Positions 30,459 through 39,590 of a stretch of DNA of 64,000 nt are shown piece after piece (positions within the stretch are counted from its first letter, which is position 1; the number at the start of each line of letters is the position of its first letter). Source of the DNA: an uncultured Thermoleophilia bacterium (GTDB taxonomy: Bacteria > Actinomycetota > Thermoleophilia > Miltoncostaeales > Miltoncostaeaceae); assembly GCA_963770865.1 (NCBI GenBank), contig CAVYRD010000002.1, positions 79,030-143,029 of the forward strand. The letters run 5' to 3'. A model generated the notes under the pieces. It was not told where the DNA came from. It saw nothing but the letters and a program-made list of their open reading frames with translations, and searched no databases. The position numbers were made by a program, and so were the translations under genes.

Positions 30459-30941
30459 GTGCTCACGCGATGGATCCGGATCGGCGACAGCGCCGCCGGC
30501 GTCTACGGGACGCTCCTGACGCTGTCGGTGCTGGTCGGCCTGTCGTTCAAGCGCTCCGGCCCCGGGGTGATGGCGCTCACGGTGGCGCTGAGCGTGGTCA
30601 TCTTCTGGCTCGCGCACGTCCACGCGGGGCTGGTGGCGCGCTGGGTGGGCGCCGAGGCGCGGCCCGACCGCGCCACCGTGACGGAGGTGATGGCGCGCGA
30701 GGCGCCCATGGTCGAGTCGGCGATCCCGTCGATGCTGCTGCTGGCGCTCGCCTGGCTGGGCGTGCTCGGCACGACGTTCGCCGTCTGGGCGTCCCTGGTC
30801 TACGGGATCGTCGCGCTGACCGCCTGGGGCGTCCTGATCGCGCGGCGCTCCGACCTCGGGCCTACGGGCGTCACGGTCGTGGCCGGCGTCAACCTCGCGC
30901 TCGGGCTGGTCATCGTGGGGTTGAAGCTGCTCCTGCACTGA
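30459..30941 (+). CDS. Integral membrane protein
   Basis: Five hydrophobic segments; VYGT, FWLAHVHA, GLKLLLH. Confidence 0.7.
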   Translation: MLTRWIRIGDSAAGVYGTLLTLSVLVGLSFKRSGPGVMALTVALSVVIFWLAHVHAGLVARWVGAEARPDRATVTEVMAREAPMVESAIPSMLLLALAWLGVLGTTFAVWASLVYGIVALTAWGVLIARRSDLGPTGVTVVAGVNLALGLVIVGLKLLLH

Positions 30942-30954
30942 GCGTCGGGCGCGG

Positions 30955-31866
30955 TCACTCGCGGACGACCAGCCCCCGCAGGAAGCGCTTCACCTCGGCG
31001 CGGAAGCCCGGCCCGCCGGGCAGCGGCCGCAGGGCGGCCACCTCCTCGGCGTCGGCGGCGAAGGCGCCCGCCAGGAAGACGAGGTACGCCGCCAGGTACA
31101 CGTAGATCAGGAAGACGATCACGGCGGCGAGTGACCCGTAGACGACGTTGTAGTGACCGAAGTTGTCGACGAAGGTCGCGAAGCCGAAGTTGAGCCCCCA
31201 GAGGGCGATCGCGCCGATCAGGGCCGAGAGCCAGACGTGGCGCAGACGCGGGCCGTGCGAGGGCACCCAGCGCAGCAGGATGACGAGGACGCCGAACGCG
31301 AGGACGACGGGCACCGCGACGCGCGCCACCGCGAGCGCGATCCCCGGTATGCCCAGCGGATCGACGACCTGCGACTGCGCCACCCGGTCGGCGATGGTCG
31401 CCCCGGCCGACGCGGCCAGCAGCACCGCGGTCGCGAGCAGCATCAGCACGTCGACGAGCTTGCCCTGCAGGAACGGCCGCGGCACCGCGTCCTCGCCGTC
31501 CATCAGGCTGTCCATGCCGTGCCGGATCGCCGCCATCATCCCGGTCGCGCTCCAGAGCAGACCGATGACGGCCACCGCGCCGACCGTGCCCGCGTTGGCG
31601 CTGATGCCGCGCAGCACCGAGTCAATCGAGTCGGCGCCCGAGGCGGTGACCGGCAGCGAGTCGGCGAGCGCGTCGACGAAGTCCTCGCGCACGGATGCGT
31701 CCGTCAGCACGAGGCCGGCCGCCGAGACGAGCAGCAGCATCAGCGGGAAGATCGACAGCAGCACGTAGTAGGCCACCGCCGCGGAGAGCCGCGGCCCGGA
31801 CCGGCCGTAGAAGCGGACCAGCGCCCTGCGGCTCCACTCCCCGGCGCGCCATGCCCAGAGGCCCAT
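30955..31866 (-). CDS. YihY/BrkB family membrane protein
   Basis: SAAVAYYVLLSIFP, YNVVYGSLAAVIVFL. Confidence 0.9.
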   Translation of the reverse strand: MGLWAWRAGEWSRRALVRFYGRSGPRLSAAVAYYVLLSIFPLMLLLVSAAGLVLTDASVREDFVDALADSLPVTASGADSIDSVLRGISANAGTVGAVAVIGLLWSATGMMAAIRHGMDSLMDGEDAVPRPFLQGKLVDVLMLLATAVLLAASAGATIADRVAQSQVVDPLGIPGIALAVARVAVPVVLAFGVLVILLRWVPSHGPRLRHVWLSALIGAIALWGLNFGFATFVDNFGHYNVVYGSLAAVIVFLIYVYLAAYLVFLAGAFAADAEEVAALRPLPGGPGFRAEVKRFLRGLVVRE

Positions 31867-31877
31867 GGCCGGTGAGC

Positions 31878-32351
31878 CTAGTCGGCCACCTCGCCGGTGT
31901 AGTAGCCGACGCCGCTGGAGCGCTCGACGATCAGGTCGTCCGCGTGGTCGCGCGTGTAGACGCCGACCTTGCCGCTGTCGGGGTAGACCGTGACCGCCGG
32001 GTAGACGACCGTCGACCACATGAGGACCCGCGCCGGGGCGTCGGCGTCGTTGCGAACCTGGTGCGCCCCGTCCGGCCCGACCGGGAAGAAGACGAGGTCG
32101 AGGGGCTCGAGCTTCTCGACGCCGGCGGGCGTGCGCACCGAGGGGGCGCCCGAGAGGACGAGGAGCCACTCCTCCTCGCCGTGCTCGTAGTGGTACGGGC
32201 ACAGGGCCTGGCCGGGCGGCAGCTCGTACAGCGTCGCGCCGGTGCGCTCGGCGCCCAGGCGGGGGCCGACGCGGTCGCTGAGGGCGCGGAAGCCCTCCGG
32301 ATCGGTCGGGTCGGCGGTCACCTCCGCCGCGCTGAGCTTCACGCGCCGCAT
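31878..32351 (-). CDS. Cupin domain protein
   Basis: PYHYEHGEEEW...GAHQVRN. Confidence 0.85.
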   Translation of the reverse strand: MRRVKLSAAEVTADPTDPEGFRALSDRVGPRLGAERTGATLYELPPGQALCPYHYEHGEEEWLLVLSGAPSVRTPAGVEKLEPLDLVFFPVGPDGAHQVRNDADAPARVLMWSTVVYPAVTVYPDSGKVGVYTRDHADDLIVERSSGVGYYTGEVAD

Positions 32352-32404
32352 GGGGGCGATGCTGTCACAGCCGTCCGTCGCGGTGGGCGCCGGGGGCGGG
32401 CCGC

Positions 32405-32842
32405 TCAGGACTCGACGCGGCTGAGGCCGACCGCCGAGACGATCCAGCCGAGCCCGGTCGTGTCGCCGCCCGCCAGGGCCACGGCGCCCGAGGCGAGGGC
32501 CCGCGCCATCGGCGAGCCCGGCCCGAGCTCCAGCGCCTGCAGCGCGGTGACGGCCGCCAGCCACCGCATCGCGTCGGCCCGGCGCAGCGGGTCGCGCACC
32601 TCGCCGTGCTGGTGGGGGTAGGTGTCGGCCGCGGGCGCCCCGGCGGGGGCGGGCCACTCCGCGAGCCGGTCGAAGAGGGGCTCGATGAGGCGGATGGCCA
32701 GGGCGAGGTCGGCCCAGCTGCGGGACGCCTCGGCCCTCTCGATGAGGCACAGCAGCCGCTCGCCCAGCACGTCGTCGCCGTCGAGCCGCGCGATCGCGCG
32801 GCACGCCGCGTCGATCAGCCCGGTCACGGCCGCGCCCCTCAC
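32405..32842 (-). CDS. Hypothetical protein
   Basis: Fills the intergenic gap with plausible composition; no motif recognised. Confidence 0.5.
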   Translation of the reverse strand: MRGAAVTGLIDAACRAIARLDGDDVLGERLLCLIERAEASRSWADLALAIRLIEPLFDRLAEWPAPAGAPAADTYPHQHGEVRDPLRRADAMRWLAAVTALQALELGPGSPMARALASGAVALAGGDTTGLGWIVSAVGLSRVES

Positions 32843-32904
32843 GCCGGTCTCCTGGTCAACCCCGCCATCAACCCTGAGACGCGGGGGCGACGCAAGGGTC
32901 GGCC

Positions 32905-34527
32905 CTATCGGTCCGGCGGCCCCTTCGGACCCTTCGCGCCCTCGGCCACGGCCTGGCCCGGAGCGTCGGCGGAGGCGCCGTGGACGCCGCCCGCGCTTGC
33001 CGGGGTGGCGGGCTCGGCGGGCGTCGCGGGGGTGGCCGGCGCCGCAGGGGTGGCGGCCGGCGGCGCACCGCCGGACCGCCCGGGGGCGGAGCCGGAGTTG
33101 CCGGGGGCGGAGCCGGAGTCGCCGGGGGCGTCGCCGGAACGCCCGGGGGCGGAGGCGGAGTTGCCCGGGGCTGCTTCGGCGTCCGGCCCGCCGCGCGCGT
33201 GGGCGGGTGGCGCCCCGTTACGCTGCGTGGCGGGGGTCCCGCCGGCGCCGCCGGCGCGCTGCGGCGTCGTCGTTCCGCCGGCCGCCGGGGCGCCGCCGCC
33301 CGCCACTGCGGCCGCCGGATCCGGCGGCGGGAGCGTCGCCACCGTGGATGCCGCCGGGACGGCCCCGCCCGCCGCCTGCGGGGCGGGCGGCGGCTGGGCG
33401 GGGGGATCGACGGGGGGGACGAACTCGAACACGGGTGGCGGCGCGTCAACCTCCGGCGGGTCGGCCGCCGTGAGGGTCGCGGCGACCGGGATCGGTCCGG
33501 TCGCGGCCTGCAGCGCCGGGACCGCGTGGCGATGTGCCGTTGCCGCGGCGGGTCCTGACCGCGCCGGCTCGCCGATCACCCGCGGGACCACGACGGCCGA
33601 CGCGCCGATGATGCCCACGGTTGCGACGAGCGCGAGCTTCAGCGCGATGCCGCCGGCCAGCGAGAACCCGCCCACCGCGCCCACGCCGGTCGCGCCCACG
33701 CCGGCCCCGCCGGCCGCGCCGCCGCCGCCGAGGGCGCCCAGGATGTCCCGGCCCAGCACCACGGGCGCGACGGGCACGAGCGCCGCCAGCTTCGCGGGCC
33801 GCGTGGCGAGGCCCTCGCGGAAGGCGCGGCACGTGGGGCAGGTGCGCAGGTGCGCGCCCATGCCGCGCGAGCGCAGCACGCGGCCGTCGCCGTCTGAGAT
33901 GCGCCGGCGCACCGTGTCGCATCCGAGGGCCCGCCCGTCGGCCATCGCGTGGAGGCCGAGGCGGGCCTGGTAGATCAGCTGCTTGACCGTGGACGGCGAC
34001 TCGTCGAGGACCAGCGCGATCTGCTCGTGCGAGAGGCCCGACAGCTCGCGCAGCACGAGGGCGCCGCGCTGATCGGCCGGCAGGCTCTGAAGGTCCTGGC
34101 GCAGGCGCACGAGCTCGTCGGCCGTCTCGACGCGCGCGGCGACATCCTGGGAGTGCTGCACCTCGAGGCCCGTGAGCGGCTCGGTGGGCCGGGCCGCGCG
34201 CCGGCGCAGCATCCCGATGCACTGGTTGTGCGCGATACGGTAGAGCCACGGGCGGACGGCGACGGCGCGGACCTCGCCGCCGGCGAGCGCGCGGTACGCG
34301 CCGAGCATCGCGCTCTGGACCGCCTCCTCGGCGTCCTCGGGCTGACGCAGGATGGACGCGCAGTAGCGGTGCAGGCGGTTGCGGTAGCGCGCGTAGAGCT
34401 CCTCGAACGCGCGCTCGTCACCGGCGCGGACGCGCTCGACCAGCCCCTCGTCGGAGACCCGCTCGGGCGGGCCCGGACGCGCCGGTGCGCTGAGCGGCAC
34501 GCGCGCGACGCTGACGACGGTCCCCAT
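32905..34527 (-). CDS. ECF sigma factor fused to ZAS zinc finger, TM helix and Pro/Ala/Gly-rich tail
   Basis: DAEEAVQ, WLYRIAHN, LRELSGLSHEQIA; CDTVR...HLRTCPTC; hydrophobic LALVATVGIIGASAVVV; GGAGG before ATG 34527. Confidence 0.85.
   Translation of the reverse strand: MGTVVSVARVPLSAPARPGPPERVSDEGLVERVRAGDERAFEELYARYRNRLHRYCASILRQPEDAEEAVQSAMLGAYRALAGGEVRAVAVRPWLYRIAHNQCIGMLRRRAARPTEPLTGLEVQHSQDVAARVETADELVRLRQDLQSLPADQRGALVLRELSGLSHEQIALVLDESPSTVKQLIYQARLGLHAMADGRALGCDTVRRRISDGDGRVLRSRGMGAHLRTCPTCRAFREGLATRPAKLAALVPVAPVVLGRDILGALGGGGAAGGAGVGATGVGAVGGFSLAGGIALKLALVATVGIIGASAVVVPRVIGEPARSGPAAATAHRHAVPALQAATGPIPVAATLTAADPPEVDAPPPVFEFVPPVDPPAQPPPAPQAAGGAVPAASTVATLPPPDPAAAVAGGGAPAAGGTTTPQRAGGAGGTPATQRNGAPPAHARGGPDAEAAPGNSASAPGRSGDAPGDSGSAPGNSGSAPGRSGGAPPAATPAAPATPATPAEPATPASAGGVHGASADAPGQAVAEGAKGPKGPPDR
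33071..33170. repeat. About five 21-bp coding tandem repeats (APGxSGx)
   Basis: ccgggggcggagccggagtyg-type units encoding PGNSASAPGRSGDAPGDSGSAPGNSGSAPGRS. Confidence 0.75.
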
Positions 34528-34765
34528 CCACCTCCACCATTCCTCGAGGAGCGGACGCCGCGCCGCCCGCCGCCGGCCGGGCGCAACTCTCTCCCAGGTG
34601 CGCGGGCCGTCCAATAGACGCACGGGTGGGTCGTCGGCCCCCCAACCGGCCAGTTGCGCAAGCCGATCGCGCATCGTGCGGGAGGTGCGGGCGACCGGCG
34701 CCGCCGATGAGGCCCGTGAGCGATCCCGCCGGGTCGCCGCGTGCCCCACACGGAAAGGATCTGAC

Positions 34766-35107
34766 ATGAGAGGACGCATCGCCTGTGCCGCGGCGCTCGC
34801 CGGCGCCGCCGTCATCGCCGTCACGCCGGCCCTCGGAGCCGCCCCGCAGGCCCAGCAGATCGACATATGCCATGCGACGGCGAGCGCGAAGAACCCCTAT
34901 GTCCTGATCCACCCGGCCGCAGCCGGCGTGGTCAACGGCCACGCGGGCCACCAGGACCAGCGGGATTTCATCCCGTCGTTCACCTACAAGGGCGGGTTCT
35001 TCGCGGGCCAGCATTACGACGCTGCAGGCGAGAAGTTCGTCACGGGCGGCTGCAAGGGCACGCCCCCGCCGCTCGACGGCGGCGGTGGCACGGGAGGCGT
35101 CTTCTAG
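34766..35107 (+). CDS. Small secreted Cys/His-containing protein
   Basis: GAAAGGA RBS; signal peptide; ICHAT.S..NPY..IH....NGHAGH...GGC. Confidence 0.75.
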   Translation: MRGRIACAAALAGAAVIAVTPALGAAPQAQQIDICHATASAKNPYVLIHPAAAGVVNGHAGHQDQRDFIPSFTYKGGFFAGQHYDAAGEKFVTGGCKGTPPPLDGGGGTGGVF

Positions 35108-35118
35108 CCGGGCCGCGC

Positions 35119-35147
35119 GGCCCCGCCGACCATTCGGCGGCGGGGCC
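35119..35147. terminator. Hairpin between convergent genes
   Basis: 10-bp perfect stem GGCCCCGCCG/CGGCGGGGCC. Confidence 0.55.
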
Positions 35148-35154
35148 CGGCGCC

Positions 35155-35235
35155 CTACGCCCGCCCGCGCACAACGCTCAGAAGCCCGATGACGGCGAGC
35201 ACGATGACGATGATCACGATGATGGTCCAGAGCAT
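35155..35235 (-). CDS. 26-aa single-TM small protein
   Basis: AAGGAG RBS; MLWTIIVIIVIVLAVIGLLSVVRGRA*. Confidence 0.7.
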   Translation of the reverse strand: MLWTIIVIIVIVLAVIGLLSVVRGRA

Positions 35236-35328
35236 GTCGCTCTCCTTCGGATGGCCTGTCGATCGCGTCGTCAATGCCCCGCAGGGGCCCCGGCCAACCC
35301 AGGGGGCCCACCTGAATCGCCAGAATCT

Positions 35329-35811
35329 CTAGGCCGGCGGGCGCGGACGGGGCCCCTCCGGGCGCCGCGAGCCGGGGCCGTACCACCACTCGGCGTCGTC
35401 GGCGCCGACCGGCTCACCGCACCGTCCGCACAGCGCGCCCGCGCCGACCACGCCCCCGCACCCGGCGTGGCGCACCACCGCGGGAGGCCCGTCCGGCGCC
35501 ATGTGGGCGTCGCCCCAGCTCATCAGCCCCATGATCACCGGGAACAGGTCGCGGCCCGCGGGCGTGAGGCGGTACTCGTGGCGCTCGGGGCGCTGCTGGT
35601 AGGCCACCCGCTCCAGCACCCCGGCGTCCACGAGCATCCGCAGCCGCTTGGACAGGATGTTGGGCGCGAGCGATAGTCGCCAGCCGAAGTGCTCGAACCG
35701 CGTCACCCCGAGGAAGCAGTCGCGCAGGATCAGGAGGGTCCAGCGCTCGCCCAGGACCTCCAGGCTCCGCGCCACCGAGCAGTTCTGCCCGGCGTAGTCG
35801 CGCGGCAGCAC
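35329..35811 (-). CDS. HxlR-family winged-helix regulator
   Basis: CSVARSLEVLGERWTLLILR...EYRLTPAG. Confidence 0.9.
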   Translation of the reverse strand: MLPRDYAGQNCSVARSLEVLGERWTLLILRDCFLGVTRFEHFGWRLSLAPNILSKRLRMLVDAGVLERVAYQQRPERHEYRLTPAGRDLFPVIMGLMSWGDAHMAPDGPPAVVRHAGCGGVVGAGALCGRCGEPVGADDAEWWYGPGSRRPEGPRPRPPA

Positions 35812-35814
35812 GGC

Positions 35815-36265
35815 TCAGGCCGGCCGGGCCGGGACGAGGATCGTGGGGATCATGTGCTGCACCTCCTCGTCGCGCTGGTTCAGCGTGCGCAGGCGGATGC
35901 GCACCACCCCGCGCGACGCGCCGCTGCGCGAGGGCCGCGTCTCGACCACCTCTCCCACCACCCGGATGCGGTCGCCCGGGCGCAGCGGCCCCCAGCGCAG
36001 CTCGTCCACGCCCAGGCCGATGAGCCCGCCGGCCACGGGCGGCGCGTGGTCGAACCCACAGCCGCATCGTCAGCGCGGCCGTGTGCCAGCCGCTCGCCAC
36101 GTGGGCGCCGAACACCGACTCGTTGGCCGAGCCGGGGTCGGTGTGGAAGTGCTGGGGGTCGTAGGCCTCGGCGAAGGCGATGATCTCCTGCTCGGAGACC
36201 GGCCGCTCCGGCGTCTCGAACACCTCCCCCACGCGGAAGTCCTCGAAGTGGCGGGGCGCGGGCAC
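35815..36265 (-). CDS. MaoC-family dehydratase with +1 frameshift at ~36053 (probably a sequencing error)
   Basis: FEDF, YDPQHFH, ASGWHT in one frame; GLGVDELRW.PLRPGD in the next. Confidence 0.82.
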
Positions 36266-36274
36266 GGCCGAAGG

Positions 36275-36952
36275 CTACGCGGGCGCGGCCTCCTCCTGCC
36301 GCGGCCGGCCCCACTCCTCGTCGTGCACCAGCGTGCGCCACGGGCGGCGCGCCTTGGCCGCCTCGGGGCGCAGGCCGACGGGGAACTCCGGCGGGTAGCC
36401 GACCGGCGTCAGGTAGTGGGCGCCGATCTCGGGCGGGATGCCGAGCAGGTCGCGGTACTCGTCCTCGACGAACCAGTGGAAGATCGTGGGGGTCGTGCCG
36501 AGCCCGAGAGCGCGCGCCGCGACGAACAGGTTCTCGAGCGCGAACGACACCGAGGTGTGCTCGCCGAAGCGCTCGATGCGCTCCTTCATCGGATCGTCCA
36601 GGAAGTGGAAGCGGGGCACCGTGAGCGCGGCGACCCACACCGGCACGTCGCGGTAGTTGCCGAGCGCCTGCCCGGCGTAGCCCGCCGCCCAGGCCGCGTG
36701 CTCGTCCTCCGTGCGCCCGCCCGCGGGACGCATCGTGCGGAAGTACTCGGCGGCGCCGCGCAGCACGAGGTCGGCCAGGCGCGCGCGCCGCTCCGGGTCG
36801 CGCACCACGACGAGGCTCCAGGCCTGCGCGTTGTGCCCCGTGGGGGCCAGCAGCGCCAGCCGCAGGATGCGGTCGAGGTCGGCGTCGGGCACCGGCCGGT
36901 CGGTGTAGCGGCGCACGCTGCGGCGCGCGCGGATCGCCTCGAGGGCCTCCAT
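36275..36952 (-). CDS. Nitroreductase family protein
   Basis: AIRARRSVRRY, APTGHNAQAW, ARALGLGT. Confidence 0.9.
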   Translation of the reverse strand: MEALEAIRARRSVRRYTDRPVPDADLDRILRLALLAPTGHNAQAWSLVVVRDPERRARLADLVLRGAAEYFRTMRPAGGRTEDEHAAWAAGYAGQALGNYRDVPVWVAALTVPRFHFLDDPMKERIERFGEHTSVSFALENLFVAARALGLGTTPTIFHWFVEDEYRDLLGIPPEIGAHYLTPVGYPPEFPVGLRPEAAKARRPWRTLVHDEEWGRPRQEEAAPA

Positions 36953-37051
36953 GGGCGGCTCCTTATCTGTCGCTTTCATGACGCAAGTAACCTACGTCGC
37001 CGCCGCCCGCGGGCGCAAGCGGGCGACCGCTCCCCCCGGGCCGCGGATCGG

Positions 37052-37078
37052 TCAAGAGCGGGGACGCCGCGCCGATAC
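37052..37078 (+). promoter_or_regulatory. Sigma28 (FliA/WhiG)-type promoter upstream of cheY copy 1
   Basis: TCAA-N15-GCCGATAC. Confidence 0.65.
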
Positions 37079-37115
37079 CTCCATCAGCCCGTTCCACCGT
37101 GCCCCAACCCGAGGT

Positions 37116-37489
37116 CGAGGTCCCGGCATGCCCAGTGTGCTGATCGCCGATGACGCCGCGTTCATGCGGATGATGATCAAGAACATCCTCACCGACGCCG
37201 GCTATGAGGTCGTCGGCGAGGCCGAGAACGGCGCCGTCGCGGTCTCCAAGTACCGCGAGCTCAAGCCCGACCTGACCACCATGGACATCACGATGCCCGA
37301 GATGGACGGGCTGGCCGCCCTCAAGGAGATCCGCGGCCAGGACCCCCAGGCGCGGGTGGTGATGTGCTCGGCCATGGGCCAGCAGTCGATGGTGATCGAG
37401 TCGATCCAGGCCGGCGCGCGCGACTTCATCGTCAAGCCGTTCCAGCCCGAGCGCGTGCTCGAGGCCGTCCAGAAGGCCCTGGCCTGAGG
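37116..37489 (+). repeat. 374-bp direct repeat, copy 1 (cheY plus RBS)
   Basis: Identical by eye to 42312-42685. Confidence 0.9.
37128..37487 (+). CDS. cheY: Chemotaxis response regulator CheY (copy 1)
   Basis: DDAAFMRMMIK, MDITMPEMDG, FIVKPF; Bacillus/Thermotoga-type CheY. Confidence 0.93.
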   Translation: MPSVLIADDAAFMRMMIKNILTDAGYEVVGEAENGAVAVSKYRELKPDLTTMDITMPEMDGLAALKEIRGQDPQARVVMCSAMGQQSMVIESIQAGARDFIVKPFQPERVLEAVQKALA

Positions 37490-37498
37490 GCCGGGGCC

Positions 37499-38569
37499 GT
37501 GGCCTCCTCCCCTCCCTCACCCCGCGTCCTCATCTGCGACGACTCGCCGCTGCTGCGGCGGGTGATCACCGACATGCTCACCGACGGCGGCCTGCAGGTC
37601 GTCGGCGAGGCTCGCGACGGCCTGGAGCTCATCGAGAAGGCGCAGTCGCTGCGCCCGGACGTGATCACGCTCGACGTGGAGATGCCGCGCCGCAACGGCC
37701 TCGACGGCCTGCGCGAGCTGATGCGCGTGCGCCCGACGCCCGTCGTCATGGTCTCCTCGCTCACCGGACGGGCGAGCGCCGAGACCAGCGCCGCCCTGGC
37801 CGCCGGCGCCGTCAACGCCGTCGAGAAGCCGGCCCTGCGCCTCTCGCCCCGGAGCTGGGGCGTCACGCGCGACGAGCTCGTCTCCAAGGTCCGCGCCGCC
37901 GCGGGCGCCCGCGTCGCCGCACTCGGCCGCGCCGTGCGCCCGGCCGCCCCGGGCCGCAGGCTGTCCGCCCTCGCGGGCGGTTCGGGCGGCGACCTGGTCG
38001 TCATCGCGACCTCCACCGGCGGGCCGCGCGCCCTGCACTCGGTGGTGCCGCACCTGCCCTCGCCGCTCGGCAGCGGTGTGCTGATCGTGCAGCACATGCC
38101 GGTCGGCTTCACCAAGCCTCTCGCCGACCAGCTCAACGACAAGTCGGCCCTGAGCGTGCGCGAGGCCGGGGTCACCGACGAGATCCGCCCCGACCGCGCC
38201 CTGATCGCGCCCGGCGGCTCGCACCTCGAGGTGACGGCCCCCGGCCGCGTGCGCCTCTCGCAGGCCCCGCCGATCGGGGCGCTGCGCCCGCGCGCCGACG
38301 TGACCATCGAGACCGCCGCGCGCCACTACGGGTCGCGCATCACCCTGATCGTGCTGACCGGCATGGGCGACGACGGCCTGATCGGCGCGCGCGCGGTGCG
38401 CGCCGCCGGCGGGACGATCCTCGCCGAGGCCGAGAGCACCTGCGTCGTGTGGGGCATGCCCCGCTCGGTCGAGGAGGCGGGCCTCGCCGACGCCGTCTTC
38501 CCGCTCGACGCGATGCCGCTCGCCATCGCCGAGGCCGTGGCGCCGCGCGCCGCCGTCGCCGCCCACTGA
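37499..38569 (+). CDS. cheB: Chemotaxis methylesterase CheB
   Basis: REC domain plus STGGP, QHMP, LTGMGDDG. Confidence 0.93.
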   Translation: MASSPPSPRVLICDDSPLLRRVITDMLTDGGLQVVGEARDGLELIEKAQSLRPDVITLDVEMPRRNGLDGLRELMRVRPTPVVMVSSLTGRASAETSAALAAGAVNAVEKPALRLSPRSWGVTRDELVSKVRAAAGARVAALGRAVRPAAPGRRLSALAGGSGGDLVVIATSTGGPRALHSVVPHLPSPLGSGVLIVQHMPVGFTKPLADQLNDKSALSVREAGVTDEIRPDRALIAPGGSHLEVTAPGRVRLSQAPPIGALRPRADVTIETAARHYGSRITLIVLTGMGDDGLIGARAVRAAGGTILAEAESTCVVWGMPRSVEEAGLADAVFPLDAMPLAIAEAVAPRAAVAAH

Positions 38570-38586
38570 CCCGTCCGAGGAGACCG

Positions 38587-39408
38587 ATGAGCACCGCCCC
38601 GCTGCCCTCCGTCGCTGCCCCGGTCGTGGGCCCGGACTACGACCGCTTCTGCGGGGGCGTGAAGAGGCTCTGCGACATCGACCTCGCCCAGTACCGGCGG
38701 GCCCAGATGGAGCGGCGCCTGCGCACGTTCGCGCGCCGCGCGGGCCACGACGACCTGGACCAGTACCTCGCCGCCCTGCGGCGCGACGTCGCCGCCCGGT
38801 CGGCGTTCCTGGACCACATGACGATCAACGTCTCCGAGCTCTTCCGCAACCCGGAGCGCTTCGACGAGCTGGAGCGCACCCACCTGCCCGCGCTTCTGGC
38901 GGCCTCGCCCGGCCGCGGGCTGAAGGTGTGGAGCGCCGGCTGCTCCTACGGCGCCGAGCCCTACACGCTCGCCGTGCTGCTGAAGGAGCTGGCGCCGCGC
39001 GCGCGGCACGAGATCGTCGCGACGGACATCGACCAGACGATCCTCGCGCGCGCCCGCGAGGGGATCTTCAGCGAGCAGGACATGGCCAACGTGTCGCGCG
39101 AGCGCCGCGCCAAGTGGTTCGTCGAGCGCCCCGACGGCACGTGGCAGGCCAACCCGGAGCTGCGCGCGGCCGTGCGCTTCTCGCGCCTGGACCTGCTCTC
39201 GGACCCCTTCCCGAAGACGCGCGACCTGATCGTGTGCCGCAACGTCGTCATCTACTTCAACGACGACGCCAAGGAGGGGATCTGCGCGCGCTTCTTCGAC
39301 GTCCTGCGCCCCGGCGGGATCCTCTTCGTGGGATCGACCGAGCGCGTGAGCGACACGGCCGGCCTCGGCTGGAAGCGGCTCGCGAACTTCTTCTACGTGC
39401 GGCCCTGA
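38587..39408 (+). CDS. cheR: Chemotaxis methyltransferase CheR
   Basis: TINVSELFRN, WSAGCSYGAEPY, CRNVVIYF. Confidence 0.93.
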   Translation: MSTAPLPSVAAPVVGPDYDRFCGGVKRLCDIDLAQYRRAQMERRLRTFARRAGHDDLDQYLAALRRDVAARSAFLDHMTINVSELFRNPERFDELERTHLPALLAASPGRGLKVWSAGCSYGAEPYTLAVLLKELAPRARHEIVATDIDQTILARAREGIFSEQDMANVSRERRAKWFVERPDGTWQANPELRAAVRFSRLDLLSDPFPKTRDLIVCRNVVIYFNDDAKEGICARFFDVLRPGGILFVGSTERVSDTAGLGWKRLANFFYVRP

Positions 39409-39492
39409 CGGCCCGGACCCGGCGGCCGCCCGCCGGCTGACCGGCCCCCTCGGCGCGCCCCGGAACCCGCATTCCCACGCCGGTCGGGAGCC

Positions 39493-39519
39493 TAAAGCCA
39501 CCCCCCGGCACGCCGATAA
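39493..39519 (+). promoter_or_regulatory. Consensus sigma28 promoter upstream of cheA
   Basis: TAAA-N15-GCCGATAA, exact FliA consensus. Confidence 0.8.
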
Positions 39520-39590
39520 GGATGCGGCAGGAGCGGGGGGTGTTCCGTCCGCGGTGGGTCCGGTGGGACATTCGAGAGGAGCACCACGGC

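Noticed and set aside
33071-33170. 21-bp tandem repeats as a CRISPR array or VNTR switch
   Set aside because: No unique spacers and no cas genes; these are degenerate in-frame coding repeats.
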